A DNA stretch of 64,000 bases from Haliotis rufescens (taxonomy: Eukaryota), in contig NW_025963851.1 of assembly GCF_023055435.1 (NCBI RefSeq), forward strand, positions 62,001 to 126,000, in the 5' to 3' direction. Made by a program: the position numbers and the translations under genes. The first letter of the stretch is position 1, and the number at the start of each line of letters is the position of its first letter. Of the stretch, positions 12,631-24,454 are shown one piece after another. Below the pieces are notes generated by a model that searched no databases, was not told the origin of the DNA, and saw nothing but the letters and a program-made list of their open reading frames with translations.

Positions 12631-13005
12631 CTAGTTTGTGGTGAGGGAGGGAGTCAGTCATGCTTGGTTATAATGGTGACTGAGTGTTACAACGTTTGAC
12701 ACTGATTGTGTGTCATTGCTGCCGTCATCGAAAGTCGAGTGCAAGCATTGCTGTTAATAGAGCCCATGACACATGTGGACCGGTGTTATTGCTGTCAGCC
12801 TGTGGTCTGCATGTCCCATATTCGACTGTTTGTATACAGGCTGATATCACTGAAATGTTGTTGACTGGGGGACGTCCATGTATCTCCATGTTCCCTCAGA
12901 GCTTCTCTGATGACCCCCGTTTGATGACCATACTTAATATATACACGTACAAGTACGAACAATGATATGGTGTTAAGTGTTGTTGTTTGTGGTCAAACAG
13001 ACATA

Positions 13006-14570
13006 TCAATGGCCGCTAGATACACTACTGCCCTGCTCACAACACATCCAATAGCCGCTAGATATATTACTGCCCTGCTCACATCACATCCAATAGCCTA
13101 CTAGACGCATTACTGCCCTTCTCACAACACATCCAATAGCCAACTAGATACATTACTGCCCTGCTCACAACACATCCAATATAGATACATTACAGCCCTT
13201 CTCACATGACATCCAATAGCCTACTAGGCACATTACGGCCCTGCTCACAACACATCCAATATAGATATATTACTGACCTACTCATAGCACATACAATAGC
13301 CTACTAGATACCTTTCAGCCCTGCTCACAACACATCCAATATAGATACATTACTGACCTACTCATAGCACATCCAATAGTCTACTAGATACATTACTGCC
13401 CTGCTCACAACACATCAAATATAGATACATTACTGACCTACTCATAGCACATCCAATAGTCTACTAGATACATTACTGCCCTGCTCATAGCACATCCAAT
13501 AGCCAACTAGATACATTACAGCCCTGCTCACAACACATCCAATATAGATACATTACTGCCCTGCTCATAGCACATCCAATAGTCTACTAGATACATTACA
13601 GCCCTGCTCACATCACATCCAATATAAATACATAACAGCCCTGCTCACAACACATCCAATAGCCTACTAGACACATTACTGCCCTGCTCACAACACATCC
13701 AATAGCCTACTAGACACATTACAGCCCTGCTCACAACACATCCAATAGCCTACTAGACACATTACTGCCCTGCTCACAACACATCCAATAGCCTACTAGA
13801 TATATTACTGCCCTGCTCACAACACATCCAATAGCCTACTAGACACATTATAGCCCTGCTCACAACACATCCAATAGCCTACTAGATACATTACAGCCCT
13901 GCTCACATCACATCCAATATAGATACATTACTGCCCTGCTCATAGCACATCCAATAGTCTACTAGATACATTACAGCCCTGCTGACATCACATCCAATAT
14001 AAATACATTACAGCCCTGCTCACATCACATCCAATAGCCTACTTGACACATTACAGCCCTGCTCACAACACATCCAATAGCCTACTAGATACATTACTGC
14101 CCTGCTCACAACACATCCAATAGCCTACTAGATACATTACTGCCCTGCTCACAACACATCCAATAGCCTACTAGACACATTATAGCCCTGCTCACAACAC
14201 ATCCAATAGCCTACTAGACACATTACAGCCCTGCTCACAACACATCCAATATCAATACATTACAGCCCTGCTCACATGACATCCAGTAGCCTACTAGGCA
14301 CATTACAGCCCTGCTCATAACACATCCAATAGAGATACATTACTGACCTACTCACAACACATCCAATAGCCTACTAGATACATTACTGACCTACTCACAA
14401 CACATCCAATAGCCTACTAGATACATTACTACCCTGCTCACAACAGATCCAACATAGATACATTACAGCCCTGCTCACAACATATCCAATATAGATACAT
14501 TACTGACCTACTGATAACACATCCAAAAGCCTACTAGATACATTACTGCCCTACTCACAACACATGCAAT
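13006..14570. repeat. Minisatellite, 43-bp unit with 36-bp variants
   Basis: CCAATAGCCTACTAGATACATTACTGCCCTGCTCACAACACAT repeated over about 1.55 kb. Confidence 0.97.
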
Positions 14571-14814
14571 GCCTGACATATCATGGGTATGCAATTGCAG
14601 ATATCAAGTGTCATCAAGAAATGTATTACAAAAATGTAAGAAGTTATAATCTTAAAGAAGAACAAAGCATGGTAATTGTAAAATAGAGTTGTCAAATAAT
14701 AACGCATAGTGCGTTTGACTTGAAACTGTTCCTCATTAAATAATAAATGAATGATTCTTCATAATATTAAAAAATGCGAGAGTGTGTTGTGCCTCGTCGC
14801 TGCATGTGTGTTAA

Positions 14815-14864
14815 GCATCAGCTTGATAACGGTGTGAGCATCGACATCGAAACGACGCTAATGC
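14815..14864 (+). ncRNA. Candidate minimal type I hammerhead ribozyme relic (C3U/G8A core)
   Basis: Helix I GCATCAGC/GCTAATGC, core TTGATAA, helix II GGTGT/ACATC, then GAAACGAC (U16.1 changed to A). Confidence 0.5.
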
Positions 14865-15480
14865 AATACACCAGGAGTGGATATCCAAAAGGTTGATCCA
14901 CGTTGAGGTGATACCACCGGCTAATGAGGAGTCGGTCGCAAATGTGAGAACACAGCGCCAACATCACTGGCAAAACCGTGCCAATATTGAAGGGGGGTCA
15001 TGTTAAAGAATACATCATTTTATTGTCCTTGGGTCATTTCTTTCACCTCTCGTAACAAACACATACAAGGCTTCGAACTATCTAAATAAAAACTTAAAGT
15101 TTTTTGTCACGGTGCTTCACCTCAATTTTACGTCAACGTATCATGAAGTGTATTACAACATTCAGAGAAGTCTCCACAGAGTGATGCATCTCAAAGTCTG
15201 CCCGCGTCTTGAGCCACACTACCTTATACATGCTGATATCAACCACTTGTAAACATCCGTGCCTACGTTCAGTGAATATACCAGTTCCTCATGGTTACCC
15301 CAGAACAACCCTCGAATCTTGCACTTTGTGACACATTCCTGACCAAACATATTCCAATATAAAAATGCAGAACCCTGGTGTGTGGAGGTCTGCATATGAC
15401 ATACAGTTCCCGTTACCAAACATCTCAGTTTATAAGAATTACATAAGTTCGGATTACGATCTAGCAAATACATAAAGTCT

Positions 15481-15598
15481 TCAGTCGACGTCTTCAACAA
15501 TCCAAGAACCGAACCACGTCAGCACCGACATCACCAGCATGACCACCACGACTGTTGACTCGCCCCTGCCACCACACCCACAAGTTACCGCCTTCTCC
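15481..15598 (-). CDS. HHIP-like copy A, last exon (hydrophobic C-terminal tail)
   Basis: TTTCAG|G then EKAVTCGCGGRGESTVVVVMLVMSVLTWFGSWIVEDVD*; phase 2 matches the preceding donor; AATAAA on the minus strand near 15020. Confidence 0.75.
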
Positions 15599-16253
15599 CT
15601 GAAACAGAACATCAGAAAATATCTACTGCTTGTAACTATGTGATATAATACTACCTATAGGGATAGGCCATTGATGCTCCGTGGATGGAGGTGAAGGGAT
15701 GGAGAAAGTGGAGGGTGGGTGGGGATGGGGGATGGGGGTGGTGGAACGATGGATGTAGAGGGGGATGGGGAGGGTTGGGTGCGGAGGGATGGGGACGGGG
15801 AGGGGGAGAGGCTTGTTATATTGTTCTGCAAATACTTGAAACAATACTTTGACCTCAGGGTTACACAAAAGACAGACAAACTGTTCACTGGATCCTGAAA
15901 CAAACATGGTGTGGTTCCTAAAACAGTTATCGGACCTTCAGCCGTTGAAGGCAGTGCTTGATCAACTGTTACCTGTAGCAATCAATGACAGTCATCCGAC
16001 GGCCTATGTTCATGAAGAGGTCGGAGTGTTACGACTACGCGCATCTGTATTTAATATATGAGATATCTGATATCGCCTGTCCTTGCTGAACGACGTCCGA
16101 TACGTCATCATCCAAGTACTATACGTCGTTATGGAGATCAGATACTCAAATATATATAAGTCGAGGGTGACACGGGTAGATTAAAACATTGCCGCACCAC
16201 ACAGACTAAGCCGCACAGAATGTTGTCCTGGCGAGATATTAGAAGGTACCCAC

Positions 16254-16335
16254 CCAAGTGATGACACTATTTTCAAAGCAACGCCGTCGTCTTTGAACGC
16301 CGTTATTGAAGACGTCGTCAAAAGGTACATCTCCC
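16254..16335 (-). CDS. HHIP-like copy A exon (GEMYLLTTSSITAFKDDGVALKIVSSLG)
   Basis: Resembles HHIPL GELY...GVVYKI; acceptor TTCTTCAG phase 1, donor GG|GTGGGT phase 2. Confidence 0.8.
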
Positions 16336-16444
16336 CTGAAGAAACACAGAATGTCAATCTGTCAGTTTGGAAACAGACAAACACGTTTATTTCAGTATAC
16401 TCGGCATTTGGTGATGAATAAAGACTTAACCCTCGGGATCTAAC

Positions 16445-16576
16445 CTTGTTCATCTTGACCAAAGGTCAGTATGAAGTTTCTAGGTCGCGCCCTGGCACCG
16501 CACGGACAATTTTTTCAGGCACGGAAGCGGGGACGATGTCCAGCCGTCGCTGCCCTCGGTCAATGCCGACATGACT
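16445..16576 (-). pseudogene. HHIP-like copy A exon with a +1 frameshift in an A6 run
   Basis: VMSALTEGSDGWTSSPLPCLK / NCPCGARARPRNFILTFGQDEQG; 132 nt where the flanking phases need 131; T6 at 16510-16515. Confidence 0.8.
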
Positions 16577-16778
16577 CTGAAAACAGACAGAGATGCAGGA
16601 AAGGTCGCAGAGACAGATATAGATTCAGACACAGATGCAAATATACGCGAACATAGATTCAGACACGGACGCAGACACAGACACGCATAAAGGTATGTAT
16701 CTCTTCCTAAATGGTTGGAATCATGGATTACAAGGAAGAACAGACTGATGGGTGATCACAATGCAAATATCACAGCCA

Positions 16779-17797
16779 CCTTCAAGTGGTACGGGTGACC
16801 TCCTACAAGTGGTACGGGTGACCTCCTTCAAATGGTACGGGTGACCTCCTACAAGTGACACGGGTGACCTCCTTCAAGTGGTATGGGTGACGTCCTTCAA
16901 GTGATACGGGTGACGTCCTTCAAGTGATACGGGTGACCTCCTTCAAGTGATACGGGTGACCTCCTTCAAGTGGTATGGGTGACGTCCTTCAAGTGGTATG
17001 GATGACCTCCTTCAAGTGATACGGGTGACCTCCTACAAGTGACACGGGTGACCTCCTTCAAGTGGTATGGGTGACGTCCTTCAAGTGATACGGGTGACGT
17101 CCTTCAAGTGATACGGGTGACCTCCTTCAAGTGATACGGGTGACCTCCTTCAAGTGATACGGATGACGTCCTTCAAGTGATACGGGTGACCTCCTTCAAG
17201 TGGTATGGGTGACCTCCTTCAAGTGGTACGGGTGACCTCCTTCAAGTGGTATGGGTGACCTCCTTCAAGTGGTACGGGTGACATCCTTCAAGTGGTACGG
17301 GTGACCTCCTTCAAGTGGTACGGGTGACCTCCTTCAAGTGGTACGTATGACTTCCTTCAAGTGGTACGGGTGACTTACTTCAAGTGGTACGGGTGACCTC
17401 CTTCAAGTGATACGGGTGACATCCTTCAAGTGGTATGGGTGATCTCCTTCAAGTGATACGGGTGACCTCGTTCAAGTGATACGGGTGACCTCCTTCAAGT
17501 GATACGGGTGACTTCCTTCAAGTGATACGGGTGACCTCCTTCAAGTGATACGGGTGACCTCCTTCAAGTGATACGGGTGATCTCCTTCTAGTGATACGGG
17601 TGACCTCCTTCAAGTGATACGGGTGACCTCTTTCAAGTGATACGGGTGACCTCCTTGAAGTGGCACGGGTGACCTCCTTAAAATGTTACGTATGACTTCC
17701 TTCAAGTGGTACGGGTGACTTCCTTCAGGTGGTACAGGTGATCTCCTTCAAGTGGTAGGGGGGACCTCCTACAAGTGGTACGGATGACCTCCTTCAC
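16779..17797. repeat. Minisatellite, 23-bp unit, in an HHIPL intron
   Basis: GTGATACGGGTGACCTCCTTCAA about 44 times; one unit remains in copy B (46981-47000). Confidence 0.97.
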
Positions 17798-17880
17798 ATA
17801 ATCCGAGTGAACTGATCCAAGTTTCCCGTGGTGCCTCCATGTAAGATGAGCTTTCGGGCCACACACCTGCATTTACTCAC

Positions 17881-18013
17881 CCTGTCATGGCGTCTCCGTA
17901 CAGATAGCGCCCGTACAGATCAGGAAGCTTCTTGCCTCTGTACACATATCCCCCGACGACGGCATGAAAGAGGTTGGTGTGATTGTACACGTAGATCGGC
18001 AGTGCTTCGTTCT
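17881..18013 (-). CDS. HHIP-like copy A exon (ENEALPIYVYNH...VVGGYVYRGKKLPDLYGRYLYGDAMTG)
   Basis: GGYVYRG...G.Y..GD motif of the HHIPL/GSDH propeller; CAG| phase 1, |GTGAGT phase 2. Confidence 0.9.
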
Positions 18014-18069
18014 CTGTAATCACAAGTTTACAGAATGTTGTCTTTTTCCAAACAGAATTGGAATGGCCC

Positions 18070-18345
18070 CCATCTTTACCGGAAGCACACAGATCACCCA
18101 CACAACCCCACCCTACCCCACCCGAAACAAAATATGATCAAGTCTTTACCCGAAGCACACAAACCACCCATTCCACCCCACCTCACCCCGAACAAAATAT
18201 GATCGAGTCTTTACCCGAAGCACACAGACCACCCACTCAACCAACCCTCACCCCGAACAAAATATGATCGAGTCTTTACCCGAAGCACACAGACCACCCA
18301 CTCCACCCCGCCTCACCCTGAATAAAACATGATCGAGTCTTTACC
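18070..18345. repeat. Minisatellite, 65-bp unit, about 4 copies
   Basis: ATGATCGAGTCTTTACCCGAAGCACACAGACC... at 18199 and 18264. Confidence 0.85.
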
Positions 18346-18839
18346 TTAAAAACTGGCAAGCAAAACATACAAAATATTCTCCAAAGACTAAATATTGTAA
18401 TGATAATTGTGGATATCTGACTGACAGGTTGCCTAGGTTCTACCCTTGCCAGATCAACGCCACTTTTCTTAGCTCCACCCTGGCGCCACCTCGCGAAGAT
18501 CACGAGCTGTGCCCCTTGTAATGAAAACTCGATATCCAATCAGATCGCTGTTCTTATCTCGTAGAGCATCACAAAGATGGCTAGTCGATCAGATAACGAA
18601 AACATTCGTGATTTCGTCCCTGACACAAAAAAACCCCATAGGCAATCGCTGGGGGGTTTAACATATGAAAAAGACGTGTCAACAAAGACAGGCAGCGGCA
18701 AATCACTACATACGAAGGTGTACCAGTCGTGGAAGTTGATTTTGTAAAACGTTCTCTGATTGGACTGTCGATTTGTGCGATGGTCCAACCACATTTAGCA
18801 CAGGAAATTGGGCTTGATGTGGTAAGAGTGGAAACAAGA

Positions 18840-19045
18840 CATTGATAAAAAGGCTGGTAGACGCTCTTGCCTCGGGAAGGTGCGTATACACCGAGTAGAA
18901 CAGTAATTGTGTTATATCCCTAATGCCAGGCAGGACAACATCAAGTATCATCGTTAACGTCTGTCGGTATGACGCGGAGGGAATCGAACCACCGACCTTC
19001 CACTCTCCGGGCAGACTCTAGTCACACCAAGGAGGCAGTCTCGTG
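18840..19045 (-). mobile_element. tRNA-derived SINE (family W-like)
   Basis: Minus-strand B box GGTTCGATTCCC; head similar to 21940-22022. Confidence 0.65.
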
Positions 19046-19080
19046 AAATGTTGACGGTGAGAGAGACGAAGGCTACCTAC

Positions 19081-19224
19081 CTATTGTTCCATTGCTGCAC
19101 TTGGAGCTGTCGAAGCACTCGTTCCCCTCCTTGATGTTCCAGCCGTAGTTCCTGCCGCTGCGGATGACGTCGATCTCTTCATAAGCTCGCGCCCCTGGGT
19201 CGCCACAGAATATTCGCCGCTCAC
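19081..19224 (-). CDS. HHIP-like copy A exon (GERRIFCGDPGARAYEEIDVIRSGRNYGWNIKEGNECFDSSKCSNGTI)
   Basis: RIFCGD.G...EE.D....G.NYGW...EG..C motif of HHIPL1/2; phase 1 at both ends. Confidence 0.92.
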   Translation of the reverse strand: MSGEYSVATQGRELMKRSTSSAAAGTTAGTSRRGTSASTAPSAAMEQ

Positions 19225-19299
19225 CTGCGAGAAGGGAAAGTGACGTGACATGTTGATTCAGGAAGTGACTCGCGATATCACCAAGGGCGGATCCAGCAT

Positions 19300-19480
19300 T
19301 TGTATTTGTTTGTTTGTTTGTATATTCCACCTTTATGATCGCCGACTGTAAATAATCGAGTCTGGATCAGACAATCCAGTGATTGACATCATACGCATCG
19401 ATCAACGCAATTGGAATACGATAACATGCATCAACCAAATCAGAGAGCCTGGCCTCCGATCCCGTTAGTCGCCTCTGGAC
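19300..19480 (-). mobile_element. SINE-like repeat, family X
   Basis: Family X core; counterpart at 47545-47750. Confidence 0.75.
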
Positions 19481-19517
19481 CAGACAACGAGAGAGGATGT
19501 CTACAACATACATAATA

Positions 19518-20150
19518 GAGCACAGGTGTGCGTCCCTGTACCTCGCTGACACACCCGGGCAAACTAGGGTACAGGTGTGCGTCCCTGTACCTCGCTGACA
19601 CTCCCGGACAAACTAGGGCACAGGTGTGCGTCCCTGTACCTCACTGACACGCCCGGGCAAACTAGGGCACAGGTGTGCGTCCCTGTACCTCGTTGACACT
19701 CCCGGGAAACTAGGGCACAGGTGTGCGTCCCTGTACCTCGCTGACACACCCGGGCAAACTAGGGTACAGGTGTGCGTCCCTGTACCTCGCTGACACTCCC
19801 GGACAAACTAGGGCACAGGTGTGCGTCCCTGTACCTCACTGACACGCCCGGGCAAACTAGGGCACAGGTGTGCGTCCCTGTACCTCGTTGACACTCCCGG
19901 GAAACTAGGGCACAGGTGTGCGTCCCTGTACCTCGCTGACACCCCAGGGAAACTAGGGCACAGGTGTGCGTCCCTGGACCTCGCTGACACCCAAGGGAAA
20001 CTAGGGCACAAGTGTGCGTCCCTGTACCTCGCTGACACCCAAGGGACACTAGGGCACAGGTCTGCGTCCCTGTACATCACTGAAACCCCCGGACAAACTA
20101 GGGTACAGGTCAACGTCCCTGTGCCTCACTGACACCCCGGGCTAAGCTAT
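19518..20150. repeat. Minisatellite, 49-bp unit, about 13 copies, with one 195-bp four-unit duplication
   Basis: GGGCACAGGTGTGCGTCCCTGTACCTCGCTGACACACCCGGGCAAACTA; GGGTACA variant at 19567 and 19762. Confidence 0.95.
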
Positions 20151-20270
20151 GGGGCAGATTGGCGGTGTCATGTTTCGTGCTGCACGTGTTGACTGTGATT
20201 GTCACGGTGAATGGGTGAATGGTGTTTCACCAATAATTCACCAATATGAAGGCGGCCTGTTCACACTCCT

Positions 20271-20593
20271 TGAGTGAGTGAGTGAGTGAGTGAGTGAGTG
20301 AGTGAGTGAGTGAGTGAGTGAGTGAGTGAGTTGGGTTTAACGTCGCTTTTAACATTATTCCAGATAATGGACAGCGTGTCTTAATGTGGGAGGAAAGCCC
20401 GAAGTGATGCAGTGATGCAGGACGTTTACCACTTCGGTGAAACCCACGAGCACGGGTATGGTGTTGTCAAACCGAGAAACAATCGTGGCGAACCGGGATT
20501 AAAATCCACAATTACAGGTTTCTGGCGCGCCCAAGGGATGCAACTCTGCACAGCGAATCGCGGCGCCTTAAGGCAGATGAGCCCCTTGCCCCC
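20271..20593 (-). mobile_element. tRNA-derived SINE family Y with an expanded (ACTC)n tail
   Basis: (GAGT)n at 20271-20330, then reverse-complement family Y body. Confidence 0.85.
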
Positions 20594-21330
20594 CATTCCT
20601 CCCCGTAAAGCAAGCTTGACAACACCTCCTAAAGGGATCATCAGGATCCGGTAATACGTGGACAGGGTTCTATTCTAGGTCTGGTGCTGGAATATGCTAT
20701 CTACAGTTTCATTTCTGTTAACGTTAATCCAAAGGTGAAGTAACCCTTATGTACGTTCTTCTAACGTGACTTTTAATATAATTATATAACTATTTGAGGA
20801 AAACGTCTTTACACACTACCCAGAACATGATGAAGCAATCAAATAGACACCTCCACTTAACCAACGACCTTCACAGTGACCTCAACCGTACCCGTGAGTT
20901 CAAGGCCCTTCATCGGGATAACACATGACAATAACTATAAAGGTGACCTTGACCTTTTATGTGCAAGACTGATAGGTTTAAAGTATGGCCTCTGTACAGG
21001 AAATGTTTCGCAAAAATAATAGAATTTATCGTTCTCTAAAATCGTAACAACTTTAAAGGTAAGTTTTGGAAACAGGTGACCTTGACATTGACCTCCTAAA
21101 AGCTGTTAACAATATCCATGCTAGAATATCCTGAAATATCATCACGCTCGTACTGCAGTCTAATTGATGTTCAATTAGTAGAATTTCTTGCTTAATGAAA
21201 ACAGACCAGGCGGGTATCTCTGATCACGACGGCTTTGATACATGGCTATAGCTCTGGCAGCCATTCTTCAATGACCCGACAGCAATAAACACCTCGCCAC
21301 CTGCAGTTCTCACATCGGAGACTTCACACC

Positions 21331-21660
21331 GTGTGATGGAGAGTCGCGGAGAACACTTGTGATCGCGGAAACAGAGACACATGGCATGGCTCTGGTGTGA
21401 AGGAGAGTCGTGGAGAACACTTGTGATCGTGGAAACAGAGACACATGACATGGCTCTGGTGTGATGGAGAGTCGCGGAGAACACTTGTGATCGCGGAAAC
21501 AGAGACACATGACATGGCTCTGGTGTGATGGAGAGTCGTGGAGAACACTTGTGATCGCGGAAACAGAGACACATGACATGGCTCTGGTGTGTTGGAGAGT
21601 CGTGGAGAACACTTGTGATCGCGGAAACAGAGACACATGGCATGGCTCTGGTGTGATGGA
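21331..21660. repeat. Minisatellite, 64-bp unit, 5 copies (single unit in copy B at 48173-48243)
   Basis: GTGTGATGGAGAGTCGCGGAGAACACTTGTGATCGCGGAAACAGAGACACATGGCATGGCTCTG. Confidence 0.95.
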
Positions 21661-21668
21661 ACTGGAAA

Positions 21669-22022
21669 TGGGTGGTGGTGGTGAAATGGAGTTCAACGTC
21701 GCGTCCAGATTATTGCACTCATATAGCGACATGCATGCACGTGTGTGTGTGTATGTGTGTATGTGTGTGTGTGTGTGTGACTGCTTGTACTAGTTCGGAC
21801 TGATGCCAATTTATAGTGCTGAGATACCATCTCACTGAGATACCATTCCGCAGTTTAACATGAATACCCCACTCAGACACAGTATACTGAAACCGAGCCG
21901 CTAAATCCTGGTTTTACAACAAGTACCATCTTTTAACGTCTTGGTATCACGCGGCCGGGAATCGAACCCCGGACCTTCCGCTCTCCGGGCAGACGCTCTA
22001 CAACTAGACCACGGAGGCGGTC
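21669..22022 (-). mobile_element. Full-length tRNA-derived SINE family W with a 12-bp TSD, absent from copy B
   Basis: TSD TGGAACTGGAAA at 21657-21668 and 22023-22034; A box TGGTCTAGTTG, B box GGTTCGATTCCC; (CAC)n tail; empty site near 48243. Confidence 0.9.
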
Positions 22023-22079
22023 TGGAACTGGAAACGGACACTATGGGCGTCTACTAAATCACAGAATCAGTAAATAAGC

Positions 22080-22310
22080 TGGTTGTTTGCTTGTTTGTAG
22101 TTTAACGCCGAGCTCAGCAATATTCCCGCTATATGACGGCGGTCTGTAAATAATCGAGTCCGAACCCAACCATCCAGTGATTGATATCATGAGCATCTAT
22201 CTACGCAGTTGTGATACGTTGACATACATCAACCAATTTAGCGAGCCTGACCACCCGATCCCGTTAGTTGCCTCTTACCAAGACCTATTCTAACCCTGAT
22301 CTTCACGGGT
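22080..22310 (-). mobile_element. SINE-like repeat, family X
   Basis: Family X core; counterpart at 48298-48530. Confidence 0.8.
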
Positions 22311-23099
22311 CGGGAGACAAGGAAGGTTATCATGTTACTTTGTTGAATGGAGACGTGCGTATGTGGAGCAGATGAAAGTTATAATCGTGGAGAATATACA
22401 CAGATATAGACTGTCTGTTATAATATGTATGGTATATTCACATCTCCCTGTATTCAATGTTGAATAGACGTGTGCTTTTATTCATTCATCACTATCACCA
22501 TGGCAACTTCACAGACGGAGATCAGATAATGCCGGTGACACCTTGTCAGTTTATGATATGCATTTATCTGCATATGTATACAGCGTACATACATTGTCTA
22601 TAAAATAATAGTGAGTCTGTGTTCACCGCTTTCTGGTGTTCCCCACAGTTCACTGTGATGTTTCTAATAACAGACTGTGCTACAAAGTTGTGATCCCGAA
22701 TAGTGTCATGATTGTGTCATGATTGTGTTTTGATTGTGCGTCAGACAATCCAGTGATTGACAGTCAGTGGGTTGGACTTTTTGACGCTTTAACCACTATT
22801 CCAGCAATATCGCGGAGATCTCTCATCATGATGACGTAGAGTCACCCAGGTGACACATTGTGACCACGTGATCATGTGTGGGTCTTTAGGCGGCACCACT
22901 CTGTGGCACTACATTTTCAAAGAGCATTACTAAAACATGATGAAAAAGGTTGATTTTCCTACCATGCGCGACTAACGGGATCGGGTGGTCAGGTTCGGTG
23001 ACTGGTTGGTGCATGTCATCGTATCCCAATTGCGTGGATCGATGTTTATGATGCTAATCACTGGATTGTCTGACCCACAATCAAGGCCCGAGGCCCGAG

Positions 23100-24230
23100 G
23101 AATTACAATCCCCAAAGTCCACTGTTCTGGAAAATACGTCTTTTCAAACATAACGTTAAAAAGGATTTAATGGTAGGGGAGGAGAATTTCGGACGAATAT
23201 TTAAAAAATTCAGGAATCAGATTATCTTCACCAGCTGCTTTATTGCTTTTTAAGTTTGCGATGCTTTCTGAAATTTCTTTTCTTGTTTTAGGTGAAACAA
23301 GAATATCTGAAGCTAAAAAGAGTTATCAAATGCATTCGATTCGTCGATATCAAAACATTTTTCCTCGTTCTCTGTAGAAGTTGAAAACAGACCCCTGAAA
23401 TGGTTAAACCAATCATCAATTGGAATATTGTTTTGTGTATAACGATTAGTATTTAGCCCTTTAAGAGTGGCCCAAAATTGTTTAGAATCACGTATTCAAT
23501 GTTAAAGTTTTTCCGGCTTCTCTTTTAAAACATTCCTTTTCTTTTCTCTACATACACTATTATATTTATTTCTAATATAATTATACTCATGTAATGAGTT
23601 ATTATCCTTTTTATCTCCTAAAATTGTTTAAATATATACATCTTTCTTTTTTGAATAGCTCACATTCACGGTGAAACCACTGTTAACTAGATGTGTTAGA
23701 AGTACACACTCTTTTCATGTCGCTTGCTGCCGTGCAGAAGGCCTTTGACATGTATCTAACACTTTCGTCTAAATTGTGTAACACCTCGTCAACAGCCTTT
23801 CCTAATAAAGAGTAGCATTCACTGGTCAACAAGTTAAACATATATTGGTCAGCTTTATCATTGACCCAAACGAATTTGGAAGCCTTCTTATTACCATGAG
23901 CTTGCACGGGTTCAGTCTGCACAGAAGTATGTAAGCTAGCCATGACAGGAAGATGACAGGATTCCGTGCGTGATACAATGTTGAAATTACAGCATACGTC
24001 AAACAACCCAGATGAACAGATTATGTAATCTATCACGCTAGCACCTTGATTGCCAATAAACGTACAGTCTCCAACTTCTGAGTCTGACCCACATCTTCCA
24101 TTCATGATATGTATATTTAATATACTGCATAAATTTATCAAACTTTTTCCAAAGTTGTTTAACACATTATCTGCTGACGCTCGTACCATGTTAAAATGGT
24201 CGAGTAGAAAACTATACACTGAAGAATTAT
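23100..24230 (-). mobile_element. Degenerate LINE ORF2 fragment (APE endonuclease C-terminus to RT N-terminus; clade not resolved)
   Basis: NNFGKSL...IMNGR...CTFI...SVIDYII...ESCHLPV, then SKQFWATLK and LKSNKAAGEDNLIPEFFK...FPEQWTLGIVIP, with stops and frameshifts. Confidence 0.88.
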
Positions 24231-24454
24231 AATTTTCTAAATATCAAAGAATACATACCTGTTGATGAGTGATCAGGTGATATTTGGGATATTTTTCATT
24301 TTCATCATGGATTGTCCTTTAAGCTCAAATTATTTCATTATTCGAAAACCAAAATTATGTTCTCCAGTTCTTAACCAAATCAGCTGATGGATATGAATAA
24401 GACATGCGACTGGGGTGAGGGAGTTTCTATGTACCGCTCTATCTGCTGTTCCAG

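Noticed and set aside
18470-18500. CTCF-like motif (CGCGAGGTGGCGC on the minus strand)
   Set aside because: A single short match, deleted in unit 2; not supportable
19564-21793. Several repetitive ORFs (also 25934, 54006-54401, 60667-61294)
   Set aside because: Translations of minisatellites, often in multiple frames
21940-22022. tRNA-like sequences (also at 7511, 25572, 32077, 62924)
   Set aside because: SINE heads followed by SINE bodies, tails and, in several cases, TSDs; not tRNA genes
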